A program made the translations under genes and the position numbers. A stretch of 32,741 nt of DNA. It comes from Deltaproteobacteria bacterium. GTDB taxonomy: Bacteria > SAR324 > NAC60-12. The DNA lies in assembly GCA_038150265.1 (NCBI GenBank), contig JAYOTF010000038.1, positions 1 to 32,741 of the forward strand. The letters run 5' to 3'. Positions 18,943 to 28,251 of the stretch are shown here, in pieces (position 1 is the first letter of the stretch; each line of letters begins with the position of its first letter). Under the pieces are notes generated by a model that was given only the letters and a program-made list of their open reading frames with translations, was not told the origin of the DNA and ran no database searches.

Positions 18943-19782
18943 ATGCCCTTGCATTTGACTCGATTAAGAAGAAACGAAACTATAGAGCCTCTCTCGGAGA
19001 CAAGCAAGCTCGACCCTGCAGATTCTTGCTTTCCTCCTGCTCTCCCCCATCGCCTGACGGGCCCCCTCCGGTGGCTGGCCGCCTGGTTTCCAGCCGCCTG
19101 CTGGCACTGCCGAGCACGCTTGCCCTTTCAACAGAGTTCTCGCTTCCTCTGCCTTCGCTGTGAGGCGCAACTGCCCTGGCTCGACCCGGAGCAGGTCTGC
19201 CGTTGGTGTGGCCTCCCGCTGGAGCAGGGCGTTTGCTCAACGTGCGCCCTGGCTCCGGGAGGACTGGATGGAACCGTGGCCGCCTGTGCGTATGAAGAGC
19301 CGATTCGGTCGTGGATCATCCGCCTCAAGTACGGCGGGCTGGACGCGGTTGCGCCCCTGCTGGCGGCCGTGCTGCAGGCGGCCTGGAGGCTCCAACCGGA
19401 AGCCGCGCCGGACCCGGTGATTCCGGTTCCGCTGCACCCGTCTCGACTCCGGCAGCGTGGGTTCAATCAGGCCCTGCTGCTGGCTCAGCACCTGGCTCCC
19501 GTCGGTGGCATTCATCCGGATTGGCTGCACCGTCGGGTGCCGACTCGTCCTCAGGTTGAACTGGGAGGAGCCGCGCGGCGGCGCAACCCGGAACAGGCGT
19601 TTGAGGCCAGTCCGGAAGTGGCAGGGCAGTCGGTTTGGGTGCTGGATGATGTCATGACCACCGGCGCGACGCTGCAGGAAATCGCCCGGACCCTGAAGCA
19701 GGCAGGCGCCCGGAAGGTGCAGGCGCTGGTGGTGGCCCGACGGTTCCGGGAAGCAGAAACCTTCGGACCAGAGGGGGGCTAG
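18943..19782 (+). CDS. comF: ComF family competence protein (double zinc ribbon plus phosphoribosyltransferase)
   Basis: Four CxxC pairs, LKY, IPVPLH..RLRQRGFNQA and LDDVMTTGATL. The true start is uncertain and probably lies further downstream. Confidence 0.88.
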   Translation: MPLHLTRLRRNETIEPLSETSKLDPADSCFPPALPHRLTGPLRWLAAWFPAACWHCRARLPFQQSSRFLCLRCEAQLPWLDPEQVCRWCGLPLEQGVCSTCALAPGGLDGTVAACAYEEPIRSWIIRLKYGGLDAVAPLLAAVLQAAWRLQPEAAPDPVIPVPLHPSRLRQRGFNQALLLAQHLAPVGGIHPDWLHRRVPTRPQVELGGAARRRNPEQAFEASPEVAGQSVWVLDDVMTTGATLQEIARTLKQAGARKVQALVVARRFREAETFGPEGG

Positions 19783-19964
19783 GCCGAACGGTTACTGGAA
19801 AAACCGATCGGGAGGTAGGCAGGGCACCAGCCAAGGAGGCCGGTCAAAAACGGAACCAGGCCAATCACGGCCCAGGGGTGCTTTCCCAAAATGGCAATCG
19901 CCAGGAGAATGGCTCCCGCCACAATCCGGATCACGCGGTCCAGGCCGCCAACATTTCCTTTCAT
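19779..19964 (-). CDS. DUF2892 (YgaP-like) small membrane protein
   Basis: NVGGLDRVIRIVAG and TGLLGWCPAY; AAGGAG RBS. Confidence 0.88.
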   Translation of the reverse strand: MKGNVGGLDRVIRIVAGAILLAIAILGKHPWAVIGLVPFLTGLLGWCPAYLPIGFSSNRSA

Positions 19965-20049
19965 CATCAACTCCTTTGCATGAGGTCATCATGAGCAATT
20001 GTGACGAAACGCCCGGAGAGGGCAATCTGTAGATTTGCGGAGCCCCGGC

Positions 20050-21426
20050 TCAGTGGAGGCGGACTCCCTGGGCCTGAATGGCCTGCTGCAGGGCCGCAAC
20101 GGAGACCTCGCTCAGGGCACAGCCTTCATGCAGCGAGAGAGCGGCCGCCACCCCTGCGCCCTGCCCCGTGACCGCGCAGCAGCTCATGTTCCGGGTGGCC
20201 GCGTGGCTGACTCGGTCGCCGCCAGTGCTCCGTCCAGCAATGAGCAGGTTTTCCACATTGGGAGGCAGCAGGTTGCGGTAGGGGATCTGAAAGTAGCGTC
20301 CGGTGGTGGGCAGGATGAGGAACCCGTAGCCGTCAATGAACTCGGGATAGATGCCGATGCTGTCGTCAAAGCGTCCCTGCTCCCGCACGTCCTGCTCGGT
20401 CATTTCATAGCGGGTGGCCACCTTGCGGGTGTCCCGGATGCCCAGGGTCATTCCAAAGTTCCGGAGCCGTGCGCCTTCACAGCCCGGCATGTAGCGACGC
20501 AGGGCGTCAATGGCCAGCATCACCTGCCGACGCCCCTCCATCTCGCCATGCGTCAAGTCGCTGGGATCCGTGCCGTCACACGCATCGAGGTGCACGAGGT
20601 TCATGTACGTCAGTTCGCCCGTCTCATGAAGCGCCCCCCAGGTTCCGGAAATGGTTGTGAGGTGCGGAGGCATCAGCCCGGCCTCAATCGCCTGGGCAAA
20701 GGGCTTGCGGATGAAGGGTGAAAAGAGGTGGTCTTCCTTGCCGGTGGTCTCAATGCTCCACTCTCCGTTGCCCTCCCAGTCCTTGTACGTCTGCGGATCC
20801 TCGCGGACGCCTTCCATGAAGCGCTGCTTGTCCACCCCGGCAAGGTGGAACATGACCGAGACGGCCATCATGGCCTCCCGGGGGGTGTGGTAGGTGGGAA
20901 CTCCCGCCCGGAAGGCGACATCGGCGTCACCGGTGGCGTCAATCACACGCTTGGCGAGAATGGCTTCCCGCCCTGCCTTGGACTCGGTGATGATGCCGAT
21001 GATCGTGTTGCCTTCCAGGAGGGGGGCCACAAAGAGCCGGTGCAGCATCGGGTGAATGCCGGCCTCTTCCACAAGGCGGTCGGCCACCACCTTGAAGCCT
21101 TCGGAGTCCAGCTCATAGGAGAGGGACTGCGACTCTGGGACCGCGGCCCCGGCTTCCCGGGCGCGTTCTTCAAATTCTCGCCCCAGGCCATTGGCCTCAA
21201 TGGTCTGCTCGTGTCGGTACCAGGCCATGCCTTCCACCCCCACGACCGTGATGTTTCCTCCGAAGCAGCCAAAGCGTTCCACCAGCGTGACCTCCACGCC
21301 GCAACGGGCAGCAGCAATGGCGGCCGCCAGACCTCCGGGTCCGGAGCCCACCACCAGCACGTCGGTGGTGTGGATGACGTCGATTTCTCGCGCAGGTTCA
21401 GTGATTTTCAGCGGGGGACGGGGCAT
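20050..21426 (-). CDS. FAD-dependent oxidoreductase (FAD_oxidored family)
   Basis: DVLVVGSGPGG, IDATGDAD, GIRDTR, IPYRNLLP and GQGAGVAAAL. Confidence 0.9.
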   Translation of the reverse strand: MPRPPLKITEPAREIDVIHTTDVLVVGSGPGGLAAAIAAARCGVEVTLVERFGCFGGNITVVGVEGMAWYRHEQTIEANGLGREFEERAREAGAAVPESQSLSYELDSEGFKVVADRLVEEAGIHPMLHRLFVAPLLEGNTIIGIITESKAGREAILAKRVIDATGDADVAFRAGVPTYHTPREAMMAVSVMFHLAGVDKQRFMEGVREDPQTYKDWEGNGEWSIETTGKEDHLFSPFIRKPFAQAIEAGLMPPHLTTISGTWGALHETGELTYMNLVHLDACDGTDPSDLTHGEMEGRRQVMLAIDALRRYMPGCEGARLRNFGMTLGIRDTRKVATRYEMTEQDVREQGRFDDSIGIYPEFIDGYGFLILPTTGRYFQIPYRNLLPPNVENLLIAGRSTGGDRVSHAATRNMSCCAVTGQGAGVAAALSLHEGCALSEVSVAALQQAIQAQGVRLH

Positions 21427-21503
21427 GGCAGGCTTCCGGACGGGGTTGGCAAAACGAAGCACAAGCTGTCAGCTTCTCTCTCGATCTGCAAGGGAAAAGA
21501 CGC

Positions 21504-21947
21504 TCAGTTTCCACGCCACCAGAAGACCCCGCCAACAATGAACGCGTACCGGGCCGCCTTCCCGATGGCAACCAGAAGCAGGAACAGCGGCAAACGCACC
21601 CGGAAGGCGCCGGCGACAACGGTCAGCGGGTCTCCCAGGATGGGGGTCCAGGCCAGGAGCAGGGTCCAGACGCCATAGTGATCGAACCAGCGGGCGGCCC
21701 GTTCATACTGCTCTCGGGTGACCGGGAACCAGCGCGTGTCGAGGAAGGTCAGGCACCACCAGCCCAGCCCCCAGTTGAGCAACGAGCCGAGGACATTTCC
21801 CAGGGTGGCCACGGCCCACAGCTCCCAGGTGGCTTCCGGTGCCAAAATCAGCAGTCCGGCCAGAATGGCCTCGGAGGAGCCCGGCAGCAGCGTTGCCGAG
21901 AGAAAGGCGCTGCCTGCCATGGTGCCCAGCAGGGTCCAGAGCGTCAT
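21504..21947 (-). CDS. YqaA/DedA (VTT domain) membrane protein
   Basis: SAFLSATLLPGSSE, ATLGNVLG, GDPLTVVAG and GKAARY. Confidence 0.9.
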   Translation of the reverse strand: MTLWTLLGTMAGSAFLSATLLPGSSEAILAGLLILAPEATWELWAVATLGNVLGSLLNWGLGWWCLTFLDTRWFPVTREQYERAARWFDHYGVWTLLLAWTPILGDPLTVVAGAFRVRLPLFLLLVAIGKAARYAFIVGGVFWWRGN

Positions 21948-21971
21948 GACGCCTCGGGATGAGCGGAGCGT

Positions 21972-22940
21972 TCAGAACTGGTAGGTGAAGCCAAAGATGG
22001 GGTAGGAGGCATAGAGGGTCCGCGCCGTTTCCCCCGGCTGACGCTCAACAAACTCGGAGTTGGTGAGGATGCGGTGCGTGAGGATGGTGTCCCACCAGGA
22101 GTGGATGGCGATGGCCTGTTCCAGGTCAAAGGTGCCCGGTTCCGGGTGGTAGACGTAACCGAGGTACAGCCCGGCGAGGAACGCGCTGGCGGAGTTGGCG
22201 GAGAGCCCGGTGCCCGAGTGGGCCGCTCCAAAGACACCGGCTCCGAGGACGATGCTGGTCCAGCGGGCAGTGTTCGAGCTGAACATGCCATCAAAGAGGG
22301 TGTAGAAGGAGTTCTGAATGACCCCCCGGAAGAGGACCTCTTCGCCAATGCCGACCATCTGATACTGCCAGAACGACATGCGCATCATCTCGCTCCGGGA
22401 CAGGTCCGGATCGACGTGGTAGATCACGTCCTGACCGTCCAGCGGAACCGCGGAAATGTACAGCGTGGGCGCCCAAAAGGTCAGCTCGCCGCCCCAGAGG
22501 TCGAGCCGGAAGGGGGCCGCGAGGAGGCCGTAGGCGTCGTTGTTGTTCTCGCACCCGCTGCTGTAGAGGTCGTAAATGGTGAGGAAGGTGAGGTTGTTGT
22601 ACAGGCTGGCGTGAGCGTTGGCGTAAAAGGTTTCCCGGGAGTAGTAAATGTCCAGCTGGGTGGTGTCATTGCCGAGGTCCGTCTCGCGGTAGATGTCCTC
22701 CACTTCTTCCTGGTAGTCCGGGCTGGAGGAGTAGGTGGCGTACTTGTTGGCGGTCATCCAGCGTGCGCCTCCGAAGACCAGGGCCTTGTCCCAGTCGCCC
22801 AGCACGCCATAGCCCAGTCCCGGGAGGACCAGTTCGGCAAGGGTGGCTCCGAAGCATCCGAGCCGTGAGACAGCGAGGGTGGGGGACGCGGCTCCAGTCG
22901 TTCCGAGGAGGACCAGCAGTCCCAGCACAAAGAGGCGCAT
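21972..22940 (-). CDS. CPBP (Abi/CAAX) family intramembrane protease-like protein with signal peptide
   Basis: GEEVLFRG, FGAAH and AIAIHSWWD motifs; N-terminal signal peptide. Confidence 0.75.
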   Translation of the reverse strand: MRLFVLGLLVLLGTTGAASPTLAVSRLGCFGATLAELVLPGLGYGVLGDWDKALVFGGARWMTANKYATYSSSPDYQEEVEDIYRETDLGNDTTQLDIYYSRETFYANAHASLYNNLTFLTIYDLYSSGCENNNDAYGLLAAPFRLDLWGGELTFWAPTLYISAVPLDGQDVIYHVDPDLSRSEMMRMSFWQYQMVGIGEEVLFRGVIQNSFYTLFDGMFSSNTARWTSIVLGAGVFGAAHSGTGLSANSASAFLAGLYLGYVYHPEPGTFDLEQAIAIHSWWDTILTHRILTNSEFVERQPGETARTLYASYPIFGFTYQF

Positions 22941-22957
22941 GGGAAATTCCTTGGCAG

Positions 22958-23839
22958 TCAAGCGAGGGTGGCGGCTCCGTAGACACCGCTGGAGTCCCCC
23001 AGCTTGTTTTTCAAAATCTGGGTTTTCTGGGCTTTTTGCAGCGAGAGGCTCCGGGCCCGTTCGGCGCCTTCGTGGTAGAGCAGGTCCAGGTTGGACACTC
23101 CTCCGCCAATGACAATGGCATCCGGATCCAGTCCGGCCACCAGGTTGGCGATCGCCTCGACATAGACATCAAGAAAGTGCGCCATGACGGCTTGGGCAAC
23201 GGGGTCGGTGCCCAGGCGAGCGGCTTCTGCGATCTCCGGGACCCCCCGCTGGGTGCCGGATTGCTGCTCATAGGCCCGCTGAATGGAGGGGCCTGCGAGG
23301 TACAGTTCCAGGCACCCCTTGCGGCCACAGTAGCACTGGGGACCGTGGTAGTCGACGGAAACATGCCCCAGCTCTCCAGCGATGCCGTGGACGCCCGACC
23401 AGCTTTGGCCGTCAATGACGAGTCCTCCGCCAACTCCGGTGCCGAGGATGAGCCCAAAGACCATGCGGTAGCCCACTCCGGCCCCGTGGAGGGCTTCGCT
23501 GAGGGCAAAGCAGTTGGCATCATTTTCCACCCGGACCGTCTGCCCCAGCTGTTCGGTGAGGTCGTGGGAAAGGGCGTGTCCGTCCAGGCACCGGATGTTG
23601 GAGGTGACCACCACGCCGTCGCGGTCAATGGCGCCCGGAATGCCCATGCCAATCCGGACCGGCTCACCGGCCTGGGTTCGCAGGGCATCGAGGAGGGAGA
23701 CGATTTGTCGGACGAGGTGGTCGTAGCCGTGTTCTTTTTCTGTGGGAACCCGGACCCGATCCAACACCTCAAGCGGGTTGTCGGTGGTCCGAATCAGTTC
23801 AATCTTGGTTCCACCGAGGTCGACTCCAATGCGTGCCAT
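22958..23839 (-). CDS. ROK family sugar kinase (fructokinase Mak-like)
   Basis: GVDLGGTKIE, ENDANCFALSE, LGTGVGGG, GELGH and CYCGRKGCLE. Confidence 0.92.
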   Translation of the reverse strand: MARIGVDLGGTKIELIRTTDNPLEVLDRVRVPTEKEHGYDHLVRQIVSLLDALRTQAGEPVRIGMGIPGAIDRDGVVVTSNIRCLDGHALSHDLTEQLGQTVRVENDANCFALSEALHGAGVGYRMVFGLILGTGVGGGLVIDGQSWSGVHGIAGELGHVSVDYHGPQCYCGRKGCLELYLAGPSIQRAYEQQSGTQRGVPEIAEAARLGTDPVAQAVMAHFLDVYVEAIANLVAGLDPDAIVIGGGVSNLDLLYHEGAERARSLSLQKAQKTQILKNKLGDSSGVYGAATLA

Positions 23840-23930
23840 GCTGCCTTCTGAATAGGGTCCTGTTTCGTCAAAAAGGGAAGTCCGTTTCCCACGAACCTAG
23901 CGCAGGTGGGAGAATTCTCCAGTAAATTCT

Positions 23931-24815
23931 TCAGGTCGCGTGCCTGAGGAGGAGTCCCGTCCACTCGTTTCGGGTCTGCGTCTGGACCACCTGAAACCCG
24001 TCAGCCTCCAACTCCTGAGCAAAGGCCACAGCCTGCTCCTCCAGCAAGCCTCCGCAGATGAGGCAGCCTCCGGGGCTGGTCAGGCGGGTGAGGTCGGCAC
24101 GGACGGACCGCAGCTCGTGCCAAAGCATGTTGGCGACCACGAGGGGGGCGGGCTCAGTCAGCACCTCAGGACCTCCGAGGTGAGCCGTGATGCGGTTGGG
24201 GACGCCGTTCAGCTCCGCATTGCGTGGCACTTCGGCAACAGCCTCAGCTGCGAGGTCCACGCCTTCTGCCCCCGGCACCCCGAGCAGGCACGCGGCCAGA
24301 GACAGAATGCCAGAGCCGATGCCGACATCAATGAGCCGCTCCGGAGGTGGTGCCAGCGTGGCCAGGTGCTGCTCCAGGAGCTCCAGCACCAGAGCCGTGG
24401 ACTCGTGGTGCCCGGTGCCAAAGCCCTGCCCGGGCTCAATGACCAGACGGAGGCGCTCCGAGGGCGGCTCTTCGTTCCACGGAGGAACAATGCGCAGCCG
24501 TTGCCCCACATCAATGGCTGGAAAGTACTGCTTCCACGAGGCCTGCCAGTCCTGAACGGGCAGGATCTCGCTCCGGAGGCGCTGGACAAAGGGACCGGTG
24601 TGAGCAAACTCCTGGTGGAAGCTCTCACAAAGCTGGTCGGCCTCTGGCTTCAGTTCAGAGGGAAAGAAGGCCCGGACCTGGAGCTGGTCCTCGGTTTCAG
24701 CCAGCGTCTCCAGCCCGGTGGCCCCTGCTTCAAAGCAGTGCCAGTTCCACAGCTCACTCAACTCAAGTGGCACCCGGAAGTCAACCTCCAGGTAGTGGCG
24801 GAGGTCATTCGCCAT
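23931..24815 (-). CDS. prmA: Ribosomal protein L11 methyltransferase
   Basis: DWQASWKQYF, PPW, IEPGQGFGTGHHEST, DVGIGSGILS and VVANML. Confidence 0.92.
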   Translation of the reverse strand: MANDLRHYLEVDFRVPLELSELWNWHCFEAGATGLETLAETEDQLQVRAFFPSELKPEADQLCESFHQEFAHTGPFVQRLRSEILPVQDWQASWKQYFPAIDVGQRLRIVPPWNEEPPSERLRLVIEPGQGFGTGHHESTALVLELLEQHLATLAPPPERLIDVGIGSGILSLAACLLGVPGAEGVDLAAEAVAEVPRNAELNGVPNRITAHLGGPEVLTEPAPLVVANMLWHELRSVRADLTRLTSPGGCLICGGLLEEQAVAFAQELEADGFQVVQTQTRNEWTGLLLRHAT

Positions 24816-25053
24816 CAAGGTACACCTTGAATCCATCTTCCTGGAGCCCCCGGAGGCGGGGGTCCTGCTTCTGCTTGGCTTCCTTGCAACGGGCGCAGGC
24901 ACAGTCGATGTGGTGCGTCTTCTGGAATTTCTTCAGCTTCAGGCGGGTCAGGTCCTTGCCTTCATTCTGCATCTCCTTGAGCATCTTTTCGATTTGCTTG
25001 AGAGCCAGACCCAGGATTTGGTCCTGTTGGCGGGGAGAGCGTGATCGTAACAT
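24805..25053 (-). CDS. Small basic hypothetical protein with HxxxCxCxxC motif
   Basis: 82-aa ORF with GGAG upstream, overlapping the prmA start by 11 nt; contains HHIDCACARC. Confidence 0.6.
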   Translation of the reverse strand: MLRSRSPRQQDQILGLALKQIEKMLKEMQNEGKDLTRLKLKKFQKTHHIDCACARCKEAKQKQDPRLRGLQEDGFKVYLDGE

Positions 25054-25070
25054 GGGTCTCCGAGTTTATC

Positions 25071-25099
25071 TTGACATCAGGGGGGACATTATCGACACT
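25071..25099 (+). promoter_or_regulatory. Putative sigma70 promoter of hflC-folC
   Basis: TTGACA (25071-25076), 17-nt spacer, GACACT (25094-25099). Confidence 0.45.
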
Positions 25100-25164
25100 T
25101 TTGCTAGTCTATACCAAGCGAAATCCACCAATGATCTGAATCTTTTCCAAACTCCCGCTGCCTC

Positions 25165-26016
25165 ATGAAAGCCCTGTTCAGCAACAGCTCCGTCGCCGCG
25201 ATCGTGGTCATCGCCGCTGCCCTGTACCTCACGGCCTACCGGGTCGACCGGACCCAGTATGCGCTGGAGATCCAACTCGGAGATCCGCATGTGGTGCACC
25301 TTGAGCCTGGACTGAAGTTCAAGCTGCCGTTCATTTCGCAGGTGTATTACGTGGACAACCGCCTGCTCAGCTACGACGCGGACCCCGGATCCGTCTTCAC
25401 CAAAGACAAGAAGGAGATGGTCGTGGACACCTACGCCAAGTGGCGCATTGCGGATCCGCTCAAGTTTTATGAGACGGTGAAGACGATTGAAACCGCTCAG
25501 GCGCGCCTCGATGACATCATCTACTCCCAGACCCGCGAGGTGCTGGGTCAGCACACCCTGGCCGAGATTGTTTCCGGAAACCGCCGGGACATCCGGACGC
25601 TGATCACCGAGCGTTCTCGTGCCAACTCCCTCCCCTTCGGCATTGAAGTGGCCGACGTTCGCGTGAAGCGGGCCGACCTTCCGGAAGCCAACAGCCTCGC
25701 CGTGTTTGGACGCATGGACGCCGAGCGGAAGCGCGAAGCCAAGCGGTACCGTTCAGAAGGAGAAGAGCGCTCCCTGGAGATCCGGTCGGAAGCGGATCGG
25801 GACCGCATCAAGATCATCTCCGAGGCTCGTCGTGAGGCGGAAAAGATTCGTGGTGGCGCGGATGCCGAGGCCACCCGCATCTATGCCGAAGCCTACAGCA
25901 AGGACCCCGAATTCTTCAAGTTCCTCCGCTCGCATGACGTTTACCGCGAGGCCATTGGCCAGGACACCACCTTGCTGCTGAGCAGCGAGCGCTCCCTGTT
26001 TCGCTACCTGAAATGA
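25165..26016 (+). CDS. hflC: FtsH protease modulator HflC (SPFH domain)
   Basis: N-terminal TM, PGLKFKLPFI, TKDKKEMVVDTYAKWRI.DP, RMDAER and YAEAYSKDPEFFKFLRS. Confidence 0.93.
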   Translation: MKALFSNSSVAAIVVIAAALYLTAYRVDRTQYALEIQLGDPHVVHLEPGLKFKLPFISQVYYVDNRLLSYDADPGSVFTKDKKEMVVDTYAKWRIADPLKFYETVKTIETAQARLDDIIYSQTREVLGQHTLAEIVSGNRRDIRTLITERSRANSLPFGIEVADVRVKRADLPEANSLAVFGRMDAERKREAKRYRSEGEERSLEIRSEADRDRIKIISEARREAEKIRGGADAEATRIYAEAYSKDPEFFKFLRSHDVYREAIGQDTTLLLSSERSLFRYLK

Positions 26017-27353
26017 CCCCGGACCCCGCGAGTTTCCCATCCGGGAACTCGGTGGACGCCCTCCCTCCTGAACTGCTCCAGCGCCTGGAAAGCTGGGGCA
26101 GCTACGAGCAAACTGCTCAAAAACGCGACCTCAGCAAACTCCACGGCATTCAAACGCTGCTGGCCGACCTCAATCATCCGGAACGTTCCTATCGGGTGAT
26201 TCATGTGGCCGGAACCAATGGCAAGGGCATGGTTTCCGTCTGCATGGCGGCGCTGCTCCAGCAGGCAGGCTTCCGGACCGGATGCTACCTCTCTCCGCAC
26301 CTGGTGGACTTGCGGGAGCGCGTGCTGGTGGACGGAAGCTGGGTGGCCCCCCAGGCGTTCCGGGAAGCCGCTGAGCGCGTCCTTGCGGTTGCCGAGCCCT
26401 ACCAGGGCGTCCCGTACCTTTCCTACTTCGACCTCATGACCGCGATTGCCCTGGTGGCCTTTGCTCAGGCGCAGGTGGACTGGGTGGTGCTGGAAACCGG
26501 ACTGGGGGGGCAGGCCGACTCCACCAATGCCGTTGAGCAGAAGGAGCTGTGCCTCCTCACCTCTGTCGGCTTTGATCATGAAGCGGTCCTGGGCTCGACG
26601 CTGTCGCAGATCCGCAGAGAAAAGTTCGGGATCTTCCGTTCCGGAGTGCCTGCGATTCTTGGAATGGATGCTCCCTACCAGGGGCCCTTCTTCCGGAACC
26701 GGAAGGTTCCGCTCCACAGCGTCCGGGCCACCCTCCGCAACCGGAAGCATTGGCTGACTCAGTGGGCCGCGCAGACCGGAGCTGGCTCCAGCGCTGCCGG
26801 GAAGAACCGGCTGACCGCGCTGCTGGCCATGGATCAGCTGTTTCCGGAGGCTTCAGCGGCCGAGCGGGCGCAGTGGGGGGAGCGGCTCCAGGCCCTGCAA
26901 CTGCCTGGGCGCTTGCAGGGGTTCTCGAACCTGACCCTCAACGGGCATCTCTGGGAGCAGCTGCTGCTGGACGGGGGACACAACGAGCAGGCGCTGCAGG
27001 CGCTCAGCGAGGCCGTTTCATCATTTTCCGGGAAGCCAAGTGGCCTGCTGGTGGGGATGGCCGAGGACAAGCTGACCCCGCGGACTCGAGACGCCCTGGG
27101 CGCCGTGGCTGAGCAGGTTCAGTGGGTCTGGACGGTTCCGATCCCTTCGCCCCGGACCGCCTCGCCGGAGGCACTGGCCGAGGCCCTCCAGCCGTGTTCC
27201 AGGCAGCCCGTCCGTTCCTGCGCGTCCTGGGAAGAGGCGTGGGCTGAGGCCACGCGGCAGCAGGTGTCGCACCTCGTCCTCTGCGGGTCGTTTTATCTGG
27301 TAGGAGCCTTCCTCCGGGCGCATCCGGAGTTGGTGCAAACCCGGTGGTATTAG
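26013..27353 (+). CDS. folC: Folylpolyglutamate/dihydrofolate synthase
   Basis: IHVAGTNGKG, SPHLVDLRER, ETGLGG..DSTN, DH..VLG, PGR, DGGHN and GSFYLVG; ATGA overlap with hflC. Confidence 0.88.
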   Translation: MTPDPASFPSGNSVDALPPELLQRLESWGSYEQTAQKRDLSKLHGIQTLLADLNHPERSYRVIHVAGTNGKGMVSVCMAALLQQAGFRTGCYLSPHLVDLRERVLVDGSWVAPQAFREAAERVLAVAEPYQGVPYLSYFDLMTAIALVAFAQAQVDWVVLETGLGGQADSTNAVEQKELCLLTSVGFDHEAVLGSTLSQIRREKFGIFRSGVPAILGMDAPYQGPFFRNRKVPLHSVRATLRNRKHWLTQWAAQTGAGSSAAGKNRLTALLAMDQLFPEASAAERAQWGERLQALQLPGRLQGFSNLTLNGHLWEQLLLDGGHNEQALQALSEAVSSFSGKPSGLLVGMAEDKLTPRTRDALGAVAEQVQWVWTVPIPSPRTASPEALAEALQPCSRQPVRSCASWEEAWAEATRQQVSHLVLCGSFYLVGAFLRAHPELVQTRWY

Positions 27354-28246
27354 AAGAAGGTGTACGTCCAGGCGGCGCGGAGGATGGCGCCTTCTGTGCT
27401 GACGGAGGACGGGAGCGCGGTCCCTCGGTCGTTGTAGGCCAGCTCGTAATCGGAGGAGGTCATCAGGTTGGCGGTCGCAAAGGGGTTGCCCAGAACGTGT
27501 GAGCCGTCCAGCAAGTAAAACTCCAGCGTAAACCCAAAGTTGTCCCCGGAGGAGGTCAGACCGACCCGCTGGAAGCTCATCTGTCCGGCAGATTGATCGA
27601 GCCGTGACCGCGAGGTGACATAAATGGCGGAGGTGCCCGCGTAGTTGTAGGGCATGGCGTAGTAGCCCGTCCGGAACGACGTGTCGACGTAGGCAAGGCC
27701 AAAGCCAAAGAAGAAGTCGACGTTTCCAGGCTGCGGTTGTCCAAAGGGGTAGAGGGACGCGCTGGCCATGTAGTAGTGCGAGCGCATCCGGACCAGTGGG
27801 GTGCTGTAGGCCGGATCGGCGCCCGTGGTCGTGGTCTTGGCGCGGGTGTCGGTCAACCAGATGTTGGTGTAGGACGCCATGAGGCCGTAGCTGGGGAGAA
27901 ACCCGGTGGGGGCAATGTACTCCAGCGAGAACGGCGGAAGTGCGTGCAGGAGCCGGCTCACGGGGCCGTCCAGTTCGCTGTGGCCATCGTCATCAATGAC
28001 GGGCACCCAGTTGTCGATGGTATTGAGCGCAATCGCACCGCGTCCCCCCTTGAAGCGGGCGTTTCCGGTCATCTGGTAAAACGGGTGGCTGTCGTCACTC
28101 CGGTAGGTCTGCTGGGTGAATTCAAAGAAGCCGAGCCGCCAGATGGGGGCGCCTGGGCCTGCCGGGGCCTCCTGGGCCTGCACCCATGGGGTCACGGCCA
28201 GCAGCAGGGTGCACAGAACAAGGAAAAAGGGGGACCGTCGCGTCAT
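27350..28246 (-). CDS. Hypothetical exported protein, probable outer-membrane beta-barrel
   Basis: Signal peptide (VQA|QE); aromatic, alternating beta strands (VDFFFGFGLAYV, FGFTLEFY); C-terminal AAWTYTFF. Confidence 0.65.
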   Translation of the reverse strand: MTRRSPFFLVLCTLLLAVTPWVQAQEAPAGPGAPIWRLGFFEFTQQTYRSDDSHPFYQMTGNARFKGGRGAIALNTIDNWVPVIDDDGHSELDGPVSRLLHALPPFSLEYIAPTGFLPSYGLMASYTNIWLTDTRAKTTTTGADPAYSTPLVRMRSHYYMASASLYPFGQPQPGNVDFFFGFGLAYVDTSFRTGYYAMPYNYAGTSAIYVTSRSRLDQSAGQMSFQRVGLTSSGDNFGFTLEFYLLDGSHVLGNPFATANLMTSSDYELAYNDRGTALPSSVSTEGAILRAAWTYTFF

Positions 28247-28251
28247 GGGGC

